Part shown: positions 12,560 through 25,285 of the stretch, piece after piece
How positions within the stretch are numbered: position 1 is the first letter of the stretch
How the letters are laid out: each line of letters begins with the position of its first letter
Source: Felis catus
Taxonomy: Eukaryota
Assembly (NCBI RefSeq): GCF_018350175.1
Contig: NC_058368.1
Location: 59,646,001-59,710,000 of the forward strand
Length of the DNA: 64,000 nt
Direction: 5' to 3'
Notes under the pieces: model-generated
Seen by the model: the letters and a program-made list of their open reading frames with translations, nothing else
Told to the model about the DNA's origin: nothing
Database searches by the model: none
Program-made: the position numbers and the translations under genes

Positions 12560-12780
12560 GTCTTGAGAACGCTGTTTCTGAAATCAAACTGACTGGTGTT
12601 AAATTCTGTCTATAGAAATTTATTGGATACCCAATTTGGGCAAATTACTCAAGGTTGTTTTTTTTTTCCTTTGTCTACAATGAAAGTAATAATAACAGTT
12701 TCTTTATTTGCATGTTATTAGGATTTAATGAGATAATCTGAATACAGCATTCATTAGCTGGCACAAGGTAAATGATAGAA
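12560..12780 (+). mobile_element. MIR
   Basis: ttgggcaaattactcaa...tgtctacaatgaaagtaataata...ttaggatttaatgagataat...ctggcaca. Confidence 0.65.
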
Positions 12781-13419
12781 ACATGGTAAGACACGCACAT
12801 ACATGTGCTATTTTTATATTAGTTATTATAGATATTAGCTACTTTATCACTATATCACTATATGCGTGATCTTGTTTATAAAGCAACTGAAAACGACTGT
12901 GTCTGTGGCTGATGTCTGGGACACATGAACACTCAAAGTATCTGAAGGCCACCTTCTGCTTCCTGCCTTACTCAGCCCCAGGCTTTCATCCTGAGATCTG
13001 CTCCCCACTCAGAGTTCCCAGACTGGCTCAGAGAGCCCAGCTGGCCCTGAGGGGCCTGTCTCACTCACCTTAGCCTCTTAGATGCCTCTTTTGCAGCCCT
13101 TGATCTCTTCAGCTTCTCTCTGAAACCCATTTACTGCAGCTTCAGCTTCTCTTCATCCTCTCTTCTACATGTTTTACAATGTGACTTTCCTGACTTTTGG
13201 AGTAAAACATTTTCATGATATCTTTTATATAAATTTGGCAAAGTCTGTTTAAACATTTGCAGAGAATTTTCCGTTACATAACCTCAGCATATGATCCGTT
13301 CTTATTTCCCCTTCCTTCTGGGGCTCCCTGGTTCATATTTGCATCTAACAGAGGATTCTGTAAATTCTTGTTAATAACTCTACTAAAGATCTTTACATTT
13401 TTATATTACCTTGTAAGGT

Positions 13420-13580
13420 GTGAAGTACTTTCACACAAAATCACCAATTTCTCATGAAAGTTTGTGAGATTATTGATACCCAGTTTTACCAATTAGGCCA
13501 CATTAAGACTCAGATTTACTGGATTTTCTGAGTTCCCACTACAGAAATAAAAAGAATCCACAATTCTAATTCCTAATCGA
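13420..13580 (-). mobile_element. MIR remnant
   Basis: gtgagattattgatacccagttttac...taagactcaga antisense core. Confidence 0.45.
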
Positions 13581-14215
13581 ATTCCTTTATAATGGGTAGA
13601 CAAGAAAATTCATGCTAAGTAGTGACATGGTTTTTAACACATATAGCTCTTATGATGACTATGATTATATATGCATTACCATTTCTTTTACTATTTTCTC
13701 ATTCTTGTCAAATGAAACATTTTTCTTGGATAATGATTATGTATGATAAAATATTACACTACCATTTCTCCTTTCCTGCCTCACAATATCAACTATTTAT
13801 GCATAGGAAGTGTATCTTATTCATATGCATATTTCTAATGTATTATTTTGTTATATTTTATTATATCACAGCATAATCACATCATATGATCTGTATATCA
13901 TGAGTAATAATAAATAATAACTGAGTCAAGTACTTAATATGTACTGGGGATTCTAATTACTATGGTTTTCTAGCTAGACCTTAATGAGCATGTTAAGTTT
14001 CAAAAACAAGAAGATGTTATAAAAGATGTTATAACCAGGCAGAGAGTAGCAAATATATGCCTCTGTGCTTTCCTGGGGTACAATTGTATAATCAAAAGAA
14101 AAGTTGAACCTTATGATTTTTTTTCTTCCCCAGTACTTGAATGTTGTATATAGAAAGGTTGAAATAGTCTTAATAAACATCTCAGGCCAGAGAACAATAA
14201 GAATGGCCCCAAGGA

Positions 14216-14405
14216 AGGGCGCCTGGGTGGCTCAGTTGGTTAAGCGTCCGACTTAGACTCAGATCATGATCTCACGAAGGTTCGTTCAAGCCCCACATCA
14301 GATTCTCTGCTGTGACCCCGCTTCAGATACTCTACACCCTCTATCTGTGACCCTCACCAGCTCATGCTCGCTCTTTGTCACAAATAAACATTAAAAAAAA
14401 TTAAG
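14216..14405 (+). mobile_element. Can-SINE
   Basis: gggcgcctgggtggctcagttggttaagcgtccgact head; TSD aagaatggc(c/t)ccaagga. Confidence 0.95.
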
Positions 14406-16102
14406 AAGAATGGCTCCAAGGACATTTGGAGATTATATTAAGATACCAATATAAATGATAATGATTAGAAAGCCATATGGAAAATAATAAAAGATCCCTA
14501 AGAAAAAGAATAAAGAAATGATCACAGTCTTACATTTAACTCTGTGCTTGATTATTGGAAGTTTTAAAAATCATGCTACAAAGGTAATGTTTTTTTTTTC
14601 CTTTAGACAGGTTCCTAACCAGCTGGGACAGTAAAACTGTTGGGACAGTAACTGCTGAGCAATTGAGTGCTTTGTTTTTAGAATAACAGGTCAGCAGTTT
14701 GGCCCCACAGTAGTAAAGCTAAGTGTTCATTCAAATAGGGGAACACAGTTTCACAGAAGTGAGTCGAGATTGGACTCATTGTGAGCCTCTGGCAAATCAT
14801 GAAAAGATGTGAAATTTTCTTAGATCCTCAGATGAAAGGCAGTGTGAAGGGAAGATGGATGCTTTGAAAATGAATCTTAATTTGTATTATAATTTTATAG
14901 TTGAAAAACACTTCAGGGGAAACAAGTGAAAACTGGAATAAGTAGATATTTTTCAAGCAAATTTTCACTTGTTTGTTTTTACTAATTAAAATGAAAATGA
15001 CATCAGATCATTTTTAGAAGTCCTTTAATATTAGTTCTCCCTTTTATATACATTTATATAAGACATTTTAGAAATGATTTACATAATTCCAGGGCATGGT
15101 TTAATTTTGTGGTGCTAAATGAGACAGCCACTGGTGAAGTGTGGCTGAATTTAAAGGGTGTTACAGGTAGTCTAGCTTATTTCTCACATTATAGATGAGG
15201 AAAGCAGTACTTAAAATGTCTTTCATATTCATTTAGTTATTAGTTTCATAACTGATCATCTTTTAGTCAGCTCAGTACATTTCCCTATACCTTGGATATT
15301 TTCATGAATGAGTCAGCATGCAATGGTGATTTTAATGATTTGAAGCCATAATATTTGTCCTCACATATTCTGGCATATTTTTCTTATAGGGTATATTAAC
15401 CCAAATGAGTAAGGACAGAGATCCCTTATATTCATGAATTGATCAGATTTCTGCATTTTTTTAGAGTTTCGCCTACATCTCATCTCCTTCGTTAACTCCA
15501 CTTAACACAAGTTTAAGTGAAATGTTTTTGTTTTCCATCAAGGAAAACCAAAGAAATGTGGAATAGCCCCAAAGCATCTAATATGGATTTATGACCCTTT
15601 GTACCTTTAATGCATGCCAATTTTAAATAAGGTATTGAATTACTATTAGTTTAAACTATACAGTTCTTAAGCTATTTTGATTAAAGAGTTAGTCCTTTGT
15701 CTCTGTATTGAATCTGCATCAATCCAAATGTTCAAGTCAGTTGCTTAGGAATTATCCTTGATACTTCACTCTCTCACAACACTTTCTTTTAATTGTTGTT
15801 AGATAACAGGACTTGGGAAGACTATCTAAAATTCTCTTAATCATCCTAACACTGTATCTAAGTATGTAACAATTATATATACTTCTCTCTATTTCCACAG
15901 CTGTAGCAGAAATCATGAGTACTAGAGTACTTTATATAGGCAACTCAAATGATTCACATAATACATGCATATGAACACATACACACACATACACACACTA
16001 CAGCTTAATTAAAATGCTTAAATGTAAGTTTTATTTACCATGATTTTGTAGACGTTGAGCTTCATAGATTGGATTTGAAGACTGTAGCCTGCATGTAGGA
16101 GC

Positions 16103-16597
16103 ATATATTGGTTTCCTTTTGCTTCTGCAATGTATTACTGCAAAATTAGTGTCCTAAAACAACATGTGTGCATTATTTTACAGTTGTGAAAAGTCAGACA
16201 TCTAAAATAAACTTTACTGGGCTATAACCAAAATGTTGGCAGGGTTTTGCTCCTTTCGGAAGGCTCTAGAGGTGGATCTGCCTTCTTCCCTTTCCCAGCT
16301 TTTTCCCAGCTGCCCACATCCGTGCCCTCTTCCATCTTCAAAGTCAGCAATGGCCAGTCAATCAAGTCTTTTCCCCATTGCATTTTTCGCCCACCCTCCT
16401 CCACATTTATGAACTCTTTTTATTCCATTGGATCAACAAGGATAATCCAGGGTATTTTACCTGTTTTAAGGTCAGTTGACAGCAGGCTAAATTCCATCTG
16501 CTACTTTCATTCTCTTAGGCCAGGGACTATAACATATTCACAGGTTCCAGTGATTTGCAGTGATCTTTGGGAGGCCGTGATTCTACTTATTATACAG
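16103..16597 (-). mobile_element. MaLR solo LTR (MLT1C/D-like)
   Basis: cctaaaacaaca..ttattttacagtt..gaaggctctagagg..tcttcaaagtcagcaatgg..aacatattcacaggttccag motifs of antisense MLT1. Confidence 0.85.
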
Positions 16598-17801
16598 CAC
16601 ATATGATTAAAACCCACAAGCCACAAAATATGAAAATATGAAGTTCTTATTCTCACTGTTCCCTTCTAGCTACGTATGTGACTTCATTTCATACCTCTTT
16701 AAAGTTTTCCTATTTCTTAAAATATAGAAAGAAATGAGGTAAAATCTTTACTTGGTGATAGCAATGTAGAGGTTAGCTAATAAGAACAGAGTGGCAATAA
16801 TACATGAAATTAATAAAAAAAACACTTTTTATTCCTAAATTAAGACTCCTTTTTAATGTACCCTTTACCTAGAAAAATGGATAAGAGAACTGTCAAAAAC
16901 AGTAAGTGTCTGAGACACATTGAGGTGTTGAAGCAACAACATTACATTCAATTAGCCAAAAGGAAACAATTCACAAGCCATATTAACCTCCCTTTTCAAC
17001 TGTGAGCCCTGTTAGTTAAATTTGAGTGCTTTGGACATTAGACTGTAGGGTCACATGCTAAATTATGTTCCACCAAGAATACTATGTTGGAGATCTTGCC
17101 ATGTAAATGCAAACTGATCTTCATCTTCTGTTACCTGTGATGTGACAAAGATGTTGGCAGTGTCCAAAAAAACAAAGTACTTTCCATTGTTCTTAATGGT
17201 TTAGTTATAGTCACAGTGTCCAGAAGAATCAGAATTATAATAGAAACAAATTAAGTCAGAAAGAGATAATCCACTCTAATCCTCCAGCTCCTATTAGGCT
17301 TTCTCACTACCTTAGGGGCCTGTGATATTAACATACGGCATCTCTTATACCCCTACATATTTTAAGTCCCAGCCAAGCCTGTGAGTTTCCTTTCTTCTTA
17401 TGAGGTTCTATATTAATTTTGCTCAACCACCTGGGTAGGGACAGGGAGGAAGTTGGAAAGTAATTTGTGTCTCACCAGTATTTGTTTACATAGGACTCTT
17501 CCCAGTCAGAATTCCCTCTGACAGTTATGGGACTGAAAATTCATACATTAACATAAATTCCAACTACACATTAAGATGTAGAAGAAACAAAAACAATACA
17601 TGGAATTGGCCCAAGGCCCCCACAGTCAAGTTCTCCCAAATTTCCCCTCCTCACTGTGAATCCCACACAAGCCCTATTAGCTAAATTCAGTTACCTCTTC
17701 CTCCCATAGTCCTGATTTTTGTGCTCATATGCAGTGGAGTCATACGTTTGAGTCTCTCCCTCCTTGAAATTCCCCAACATATTCAGGTAAGTCTGTGTGA
17801 T

Positions 17802-18014
17802 AATTTTCTTTTAATGTTTGTTTATTTTTGAGAGAGAGAGAAAGACAGCATGAGTAGGGGAGGGGCAGAGAGAGGGAGACACTGAATCTGAAGCAGGCTC
17901 CAGGCCCTGAGCTGCCAGCACAGAGCCTGACACAGGGATAAAAACCCACAAACTGTGAGATCTTGACCTGAGATGAAGTTGGATGCTTAACTGATGGAAC
18001 TACCCAGGCACCCC
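17802..18014 (-). mobile_element. Can-SINE
   Basis: Antisense body; TSD agtctgtgtgat at 17790-17801 and 18015-18026. Confidence 0.95.
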
Positions 18015-19207
18015 AGTCTGTGTGATCTTTAATCTTCCTTGAGCACAGAGGGATCTCAGTCTCACTTCTAATTATCTTTGTCCTTAAGGTGACTACTGAA
18101 ATCAGGAAAAAGAGCAAAGGAGGGATCAGGAGTGAAGAAAGAGCATAGCTCCATGCCCTTAAAGAAGGCTTTCAAATACACTTCTGGTTGCAAATATTGT
18201 GATGGAACTTTGTAATAACCAAACAAACCTCCAAATACTTTTGACTCTCCATCCACTCTTCATCAGGTGTTCAGATACTCATGACTGTCACCATCTCTTT
18301 TAGTTTTGGGGTTATTTGTGAAATAGCAGCCATGGATACATTCCTTTCTGGCTGAAGCCCCATGTCTTATAACTTATATAACTTAACTTACATGAACTTG
18401 ATTCACACTGCAGAAACTTTCTTAATGGCTACTAAATCCAGGTAATTTGCAGTCGCATTACCAAAGGGATCTCTCTTAAGTTCTTGCCTGATAACAAAGT
18501 AATGACTGACATAATGTTTCAGGGCAGGGGGACTGACTGTAAGATTTTGTCTAGATGTCTTTGTGTCAGTTTCTCATTATTCAGTGGGTCAATTTAATCA
18601 GCATAGTAAACCTGATCTGGGGCAATAGGAACATAGTTACTAGTCAATGCTTCATCTGTATTTTCCCACAGAAGTTCATTTGTCTCAGGGAAATCTCCGG
18701 GAAGACAAGACCTCCCTTGTATTGACTAGGTCTCACTGAAAAATAAAGCAAACTAATAACAATAACGACAACAACAAAACATAGAAAAACTCCTAAAGAA
18801 AAAAAAGAAAAGAAAAGAAAAATCCCAGTGAGATGTTCATTTTTGCCTTTCAGTTGGTAGGCTGTTGGTGTGAAAAACTCCAGGAGAGATGAAGCAGTAA
18901 GACTTCCCACTTGTTACATTTTTCTTTAACACAAATTACATACTGTGGCTCCTCACTTCCCAAACATCAAAAGTACTGATAACTGCCCTGGTTTCTGCCC
19001 ACAGCAATCACGGACTTCCTTGCTTTTGCATGCAGTATAGGTATATGTCTGTAATTTGATTTGAAAATGGGTCAGAAACTTCTTACTTAGGAGCAGTCTT
19101 TGCCTTGTTTGATAAAGTGGGGTGGACCTAAGAGTGACCACCAGACTATTAAGAAAGACCTCAGACCCCAAGGAGAGTGAACAGAGCCAGGGTAACATTT
19201 TGTAATA

Positions 19208-19437
19208 TTTTTTAAAGTTTTTTAAAATTAAAAAAAATCTTAATGTTTATTTATTTTAGAGAGAGAAAAAGAAAGAGAGCAGGGGAGGGGCAGAGAGAGA
19301 AGGAGACAGGGAATCCAAGGCGGGCTCAAGTGCTGATAGCAGAGAGCCTGACATGGGACTCGAACTCACGAACTGTGAGATCATAACTGGAGCATATATC
19401 AAGAGTCAGATGCTCAACCTACTGAACCAGGTTCCCC
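19208..19437 (-). mobile_element. Can-SINE
   Basis: Antisense body; degenerate TSD tttg(t/c)aa(t/c)attt. Confidence 0.93.
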
Positions 19438-19665
19438 AATAGTTTGCAACATTTGTATTGAACCTTCTTCCAGTAATCTGCCACATCCACCTCCCCAGTT
19501 CCTGCTCATCAGAAAACAATAAATTCAAGGACAATGTGTTGCCTGGTTGAGTATACAGTTTGATCAACATGTTCACTGCCTATTCCCATGACCTTCTCTC
19601 AAAGCCCAGCATTGGTCTATAAGGCCCTCAAACTTGCTTTTCTGGAAAGCCATATTTCTTCCAGC

Positions 19666-19683
19666 ATCCCATCATTATCACCA
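19666..19683 (-). promoter_or_regulatory. Retroviral primer-binding site, tRNA-Ser(GCT)-like
   Basis: Minus strand TGGTGATAATGATGGGAT lies 4 nt after the LTR end (..TGACA). It matches 14/18 to TGGCGACGAGGATGGGAT, and 3 of the 4 mismatches are CpG-decay type. Confidence 0.65.
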
Positions 19684-20082
19684 AAACTGTCAAAAACTGA
19701 ATGATTTGAGATGTTATCTACCTACAAGCTAAAAATTGAGCCTGCCAAAGTCTCATGAATACTGGTAGAAGAAATAAGTCTCCAGGATCAGAGATGAAGT
19801 TCAAGTTATTATTCACCACACTCACATAGTGGTAGGCAGAGTATCAGCATTTTAGCCTCATGTTTCCTGAGCCTAAATGCTCATGTGGCTGTAAGAGATA
19901 GGTCAGATGACACCTGCAGACACTTGTTTGTGTTACAGGAGAGGGAACCGGAATCTTTTATAATGGGCAGTATACATGACTGTCCTTTCCCCTGGTGGAA
20001 CACATTATCTTTATTATACTGGACAGTAAACTGCCTGCCATTTACTCTGGAGAGAGGTACTCTTTCTTTGCCCCAAGGCTGT

Positions 20083-20416
20083 GTTTTGTTTTGTTTTGTT
20101 TTGTTTTGTTTTGTTTTGTTTTGTTTTATAAATAGGCTTCATGCCCATTGTAGAACCCAATCAGGGCTTGAACTCATGACCCTGAGATCAAGATCTGAGC
20201 TGAGATCAAGAGTCACATGACACCCACTGAGAATAAACTGAGGGTTGATGGGGGGTGGGAGGGAGGGGAAAGTGGGTGATGGGCATTGAGGAGGGCACCT
20301 GTTGGATGAGCACTGGGTGTTGTATGAAAACCAATTTGACAATAAATTTCATATTAAAAAAAGTCACATGACACTGAAATCAATATGCTTAACTAACTGA
20401 GCCAGCCAGGCACCCC
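20083..20416 (-). mobile_element. Older Can-SINE with (AAAAC)n tail, split by an L1 fragment
   Basis: gggcttgaactcatgaccctgagatcaag...actgagccagccaggcacccc; TSD caag(g/a)ctgt. Confidence 0.88.
20224..20361 (+). mobile_element. Feline L1 (L1_Fc-like) 3' tip
   Basis: ctgagaataaactgagggttgatgggg...gagcactgggtgttgtatg...aataaatttcatattaaaaa; TSD agtcacatgacac at 20211-20223 and 20362-20374. Confidence 0.93.
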
Positions 20417-22619
20417 CAAGACTGTTTGCTCTAAAAACTTCTTTGAGAATTTAATCTGGAACAAAGAACAGTCAATATCCCACTTGCATGATATGAAGAA
20501 ATATGAGTCCCATGGAGAATTGCCTCACATGGACTCATAAAATCACAGAGCAGGAGGGAAGCCCCACTGGTGATGAATATTTGTATACTGTGAATTCAGT
20601 AGTGTTGACCTAAGTGTGCATATTTTTTAAAAAGTATAAAATAGTGCTCTTAAAAAGGATGCATTTTACTATAGACAGATTATACCTTGGGAGTTAATAG
20701 TAAAAAATTGTAAGTAGGTGAGCTTAAGAATTTTTGTAATAAAGCTTTCAAGATGGAATCTCAGAACAACAGAGTTCAGTTATCACTGTATCAAAGTTGC
20801 ACTATATTGACTTAAGTGTTAATAAAAGTGTAAATAGATTATGCCTAAAGTTAGAAGTCTCCAATAATTCATTTATTTAATTTAAATCTAGGTGGTCTGG
20901 TACTTCCAATAACTTCTGTGAATTTTTTTAGGCACTGCTTTATGACTTGCACAAAGGCACTCATCCCATTGCTTATCTCCACATACATAGCTTATATTCA
21001 CATATGTAAAATGCAAGTTGCAATAGTACTTTATAATAGAAGAGTTTCTTTACAAACTTGTTGCATCTTCCCTAAGGCTATCTTAGGTAAGTTATCAGAG
21101 AACATTCCATTTCTCCTTTGGATCACTTATTTATTTATTTATTTATTTGATCACTTATTCTAATGGTAACTAATTATTATTATTTTTTATTATTATTGGC
21201 TTTATAAAAAAATCTTCTGCACATAAAATCATTCCTGAATCATACTAAATTGGTGCTACAGTATATGCACACTCTTAAAGCTTTTTCTGATTGATACTTC
21301 TGTCCGTTAAGATTATTTTCTCCTGGGAAAGTGTTGGCCTCTATGGCAGTGGTGTCTAGAGCCCCTACTTTGCAGGATTGCTTATGAATGACCTACTAAA
21401 AGTTCATGTTTTAGTAAGAAATGCCATTTATATCAGAACATAGAAACTGGAAGACATTTATGAGGTCATTTTCTAAAAAGGGAAACAAAAATTCTCTCAG
21501 TGATGACCTTATTCAATGTAGAATTCTAAATGACACATTTATGGTATGACATTTCCTTGTCAAAAGAACATTATAGTCATTATCATTGCCTGAATAATAT
21601 CTGAGATTCTTCAGGGAATATTACCTTTACCTAATGCATGAGTACCTTACACTTGAAAGTGGATGTTAATGAAACTTAGTATGTATACAAATAAGATATC
21701 CTGAACATTTGACACTATAACTGAAATATAGAAAATGTAATATATAAACTACTTGAAGACAACAAATTAAGCAGCCATTATAAGCATAATAAAAACTATA
21801 TAGTAGATAAAAATTTTGGCTGACTTTTTCATTTTTTTCTAATAATTTAAAAAATATTTCTAAAAGTTACATTCTCTTGACACCTGCAGACAACAGTTTA
21901 CTTACCCCAGTATTTAAGGTATAAAAATCGTCATGTTCTTTAAAACAATTAGGTTAATTTTATGACTTTCCAATTACACAATTCCCTTGGTGGTGAGTCA
22001 CTAGAGATTAAAAATTAATTTCTACATTGAACAACAAAGAGGTTTATAGTAGTATGAACCACAAAGAAGTTTATATCCACTTGAACCAGCAGATTGATAA
22101 CTTATTGTAATTTGATTCTGTATAATAATGTATTACACCAACAAATGACACAAATTATGTCAAATTATTTTTCAGCCATTTTTATTAGCCTTAAAGTGTA
22201 AGCTTTTTACAATTTTAATTGGAAATGTTTCCAGTTTGCATATATTTTAATTAATTCAGAGATTTAATTAATATCAGAGAGTAGCTATTTTGGGGGAGTT
22301 GGGGGAAGCAAAGGTAAAGAAGAAGAAACATAATTACAACTTTTAAATTTACATTTGGCTTACAGTTTGTATTTGTTTGTATTTGTTTTTTTTTGTTTAT
22401 TTATTTATTTTAAATATTGATTGAAAGCCTAGTTGCCTGGTGCTTGTTATATAGTGGTAAGGACAAAGGTATCACTTTTGCCCAGAACATGCTTATTACT
22501 TTGCAGAGATAAGTTATAAATAAGAGAATAGCTTAAAAAACAAAGCAGAGTGGAGAATAATTAAAATAATAGGTATATTTTCCTTATATCAATGCATACT
22601 TTTTAAAAATTTATCTTTT

Positions 22620-23070
22620 TATTGATTAACTCAACAAATATATTTTGAAAAGTGTATAGCAGGTAAGGTGTTAGGCACTGAGCTTGTATTGCCAAGAAAA
22701 TTGTGGAAACAGTGTTTTGACTCACTCAGCTTACTATGAAGTACACTGGACTTAAGGTTAATAAAGTTGTAATTACAGTCCATGATATATATAAGGAAGG
22801 AGTCAAAGAATGAAGGTGATGATTTTAAAAATAAGCATTTTTTCTATGTATTTGGCTCTCTAAGAAAGGAGACCTAGTGATGAGGTGACATCACTTATTT
22901 CAAATAAATGAAATCATGTTTATTATTGAGTGTTGCAGGTATGGAGAAAGCTGATGAAAAATAGAATATTTTTTAAAAGGATTGAGACAAGGCACTGAAT
23001 ACTTTTAAAACATGATTTAAGATGGTTTAATTTATATTACTTTTTTTTTGCCATGTGGAGAGGGATTTGG
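22620..23070 (-). mobile_element. L2 remnants
   Basis: ttaactcaacaaatatattttga...gtgttaggcactgag antisense L2 3' end. Confidence 0.45.
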
Positions 23071-23094
23071 AGAGTGAAATAACAAAAATAGAGA

Positions 23095-23500
23095 AACCCC
23101 CAAATATAATGTGCATGAACTATAGCATACATATTTTAGTTGTACAGATTGAGGAGTTGAAAGTATTGATTCACCCATAACACGAGAACCACGATCGAGA
23201 TTTGGAATATTTTTACCATCTCAAAGTATTTCCTTACACCCATTTGCAGTCAAACTCACTCCCTTCCCCAACCCTGGCAACCTATGAATGACTTTTTATT
23301 CAACCACAGGTGTAAATTGTGCACATTCTAGAATTTCTTATAAATGGAATTACACAGTATGCACTTTTGTTTCAGCCTCTTTCACTCAAGCATAACACTG
23401 TTAAGATTAACTATTTCTGTTGTCAGCATCAGCAGATGGTTCCTTTTTATTGTTGAGTATTACTCTATTTGATGGCTATACTCCTATTAAGTATGTTTCC
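23095..23500 (-). mobile_element. Old L1 3' end (L1MB/L1ME-like)
   Basis: ccctggcaacc...ttctagaatttcttataaatggaattacacagtatgcact...tttttattgttgagtattactctatt. Confidence 0.8.
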
Positions 23501-23968
23501 ATTTATGTATTTTATTTCAATTTATTTTTATTTTAAGATTGATGTTATTCCTTAGACCTTGGAAGTTTAAAATAATACAGATTTACTGTTTTTTTTTTAT
23601 AGTTCTGTCGGTCAGAAGTCCAGTTTAGCCTGATTAATTTTTCTTTTTGATAATTCACAGCACCAAAAAAATCAAGGCATTATCTGGCTGAATTGGTGCG
23701 CTGAGGCTCTGGGAAAAATTTACTTCAAAGGTCAGTTAGGTTGTTGGCAGAATCTGATTCCTTGAAGCAGTAAAAATAAGCTCCCTGCTTCCTTGGTGTC
23801 TGTCAGCTGATGGCTTCCATTAACTCTAGAATCATTCTCTCTGGTCCTTACACATTGATCCCTATTTCAGATTCAGCAATGATGCATCAAATCCTTTCAA
23901 CACAGGGAACCTTTCTGACTTCACTTTTTGCCATGTTCTACGCCTACGGGCTGAGAAAGTTTTCTGCA

Positions 23969-24186
23969 TTTTTTTTCAGTTAATTTATTTTGAGAGAGAG
24001 GGAGAGAGTGTGCACGTGTATGGGTGCTTGTGACTGGGGGAGGGGCAGAGAGAGAGGGAGAGAGAGAAATCCCAAGCAGCCTCCATTTTGTCAGAGCAGA
24101 GCCTGATGTGGAGCTCAATCTCACGAACCTTGAGATCATGACCTGAGCAAAAACCAAGAGTCAGACACTTCACCACCCAGGTGCCC
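23969..24186 (-). mobile_element. Can-SINE
   Basis: Antisense body; TSD gaaagtt(t/c)t(c/a)tgc. Confidence 0.93.
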
Positions 24187-24221
24187 TGAAAGTTCTATGC
24201 TTTGAAGAGCTCACCTGGATA

Positions 24222-24438
24222 GGCCCCCAGGTAGCTCAGCCGGTTAAGTGTTCCACTTTGGTTCAGGTCACGATCTCCCAGTTTGTGGGTTCGAGCCCCT
24301 GCATCAGGCTGTCTGCTGACAGCGCAGAGACTGGAGTTTGTTTTGGATTCTCTGTCCCCTTCTCTCTCTCTTCCCCTTTCCACCTCTCAAAAATAAATAA
24401 ACATTTAAAAAATTTAGAAAAGAAAAAAGAAAAAAAAC
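24222..24438 (+). mobile_element. Can-SINE
   Basis: Sense body; perfect TSD agctcacctggata at 24208-24221 and 24439-24452. Confidence 0.95.
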
Positions 24439-25141
24439 AGCTCACCTGGATAATCCAGGATTGTCTCTATTATTAAAAGTCGATAATTTTATGGCTGTAA
24501 AATTCCTTTATCCAGGTAACAGGCATCGGGGATCAGGGCATGGACATTTCTGTGGACCATTTATTGGGTCTACTATTCCTTCTTTATGCCATTTAGTGTA
24601 TGGTGGAGCTTAAGAGGTTTTCCCTGGAACATACATCATTTTCTATCATAGATACAGTGTACAAGAAATTACAGTGAGTGCCTTGCAATGGTCAGAATGG
24701 CAAATAACTGCCATATATTTCCTTTCATGAAAGGCTAGGGGCTTCGAGCTGTGGCTGTTATTTTCAAGAATTAAAATGTCTTCTTTATGTGATTTCACAT
24801 ATTTATTTTAACTGAGTAGTATGATTTCTATAAACTAGTAAATTTCTTGAAGCAAATTTTTATAACTTACTTATCTTTTACCACAGTACTTAGTTTAAAA
24901 AAGTAGATATCCACTAATAAATAATTTGACAGTTAATTATGTAATTAGGTGATGGATAATTAATGTTTATTTATTACTGAATAGAAAATAAAAATGTTTT
25001 ATTTGGGATAATTGCTGATATTTGATCTGACTGTCTAAATATAGATAAGAGATATCTAAGGAATTAGATTATATGCTTTGCAAGAATAAGCCCTGCATCT
25101 CTATCCTTAATTTCATCTCATTCAATTAACTGTTCATTAAA

Positions 25142-25154
25142 ATATATATATATA

Positions 25155-25202
<48 letters not shown>
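25142..25202. repeat. (TA)n(TG)n(TA)n compound microsatellite
   Basis: Read directly. Confidence 0.95.
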
Positions 25203-25203
<1 letters not shown>

Positions 25204-25285
25204 TCAGTTTCTCCATTTCCACTACCTTTTTTTTCCTCAAATAGAAACATATTTAACATATTCGTTTTACCTATCCTAAATATTT

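Larger units (their letters stand above)
17300..19687 (-). mobile_element. ERV-L internal region linked to the LTR40-like LTR; highly decayed pol
   Basis: Directly follows the LTR and PBS. Minus-strand remnants ISLRQMN (~VSLLEQIN), TQRHLDK (~VRRDLDR) and ESKVFGGLFGYYK (~EAQRLVGLFGFWR) occur in RT order; left boundary uncertain. Confidence 0.55.
19688..20529 (-). mobile_element. LTR40-like ERV-L 5' LTR (interrupted by a SINE and an L1)
   Basis: Minus strand caattctccatggg...tactgtccagtataataaagataatgt...ctgcccattataaaaga...aaatgctgatactctg...tgaca closely matches the recalled LTR40 consensus. Confidence 0.85.
23545..24578 (-). mobile_element. MaLR LTR (MLT1E-like) interrupted by two SINEs
   Basis: tatagttctgtcggtcagaagtcc..gaggctctgggaaaaat..gttgttggcagaatc..cacctggataatccagga..gggatcagggcatggacattt. 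Confidence 0.8.

Noticed and set aside
12900..13170. GC-richer patch with a consensus minus-strand donor AAG/GTGAGT at ~13069
   Set aside because: No good acceptor, stops upstream in frame and no recognised peptide; possibly an ancient LTR relic.
20241..20283. G-quadruplex-like G runs
   Set aside because: Ordinary polypurine tract of the L1 3' UTR.
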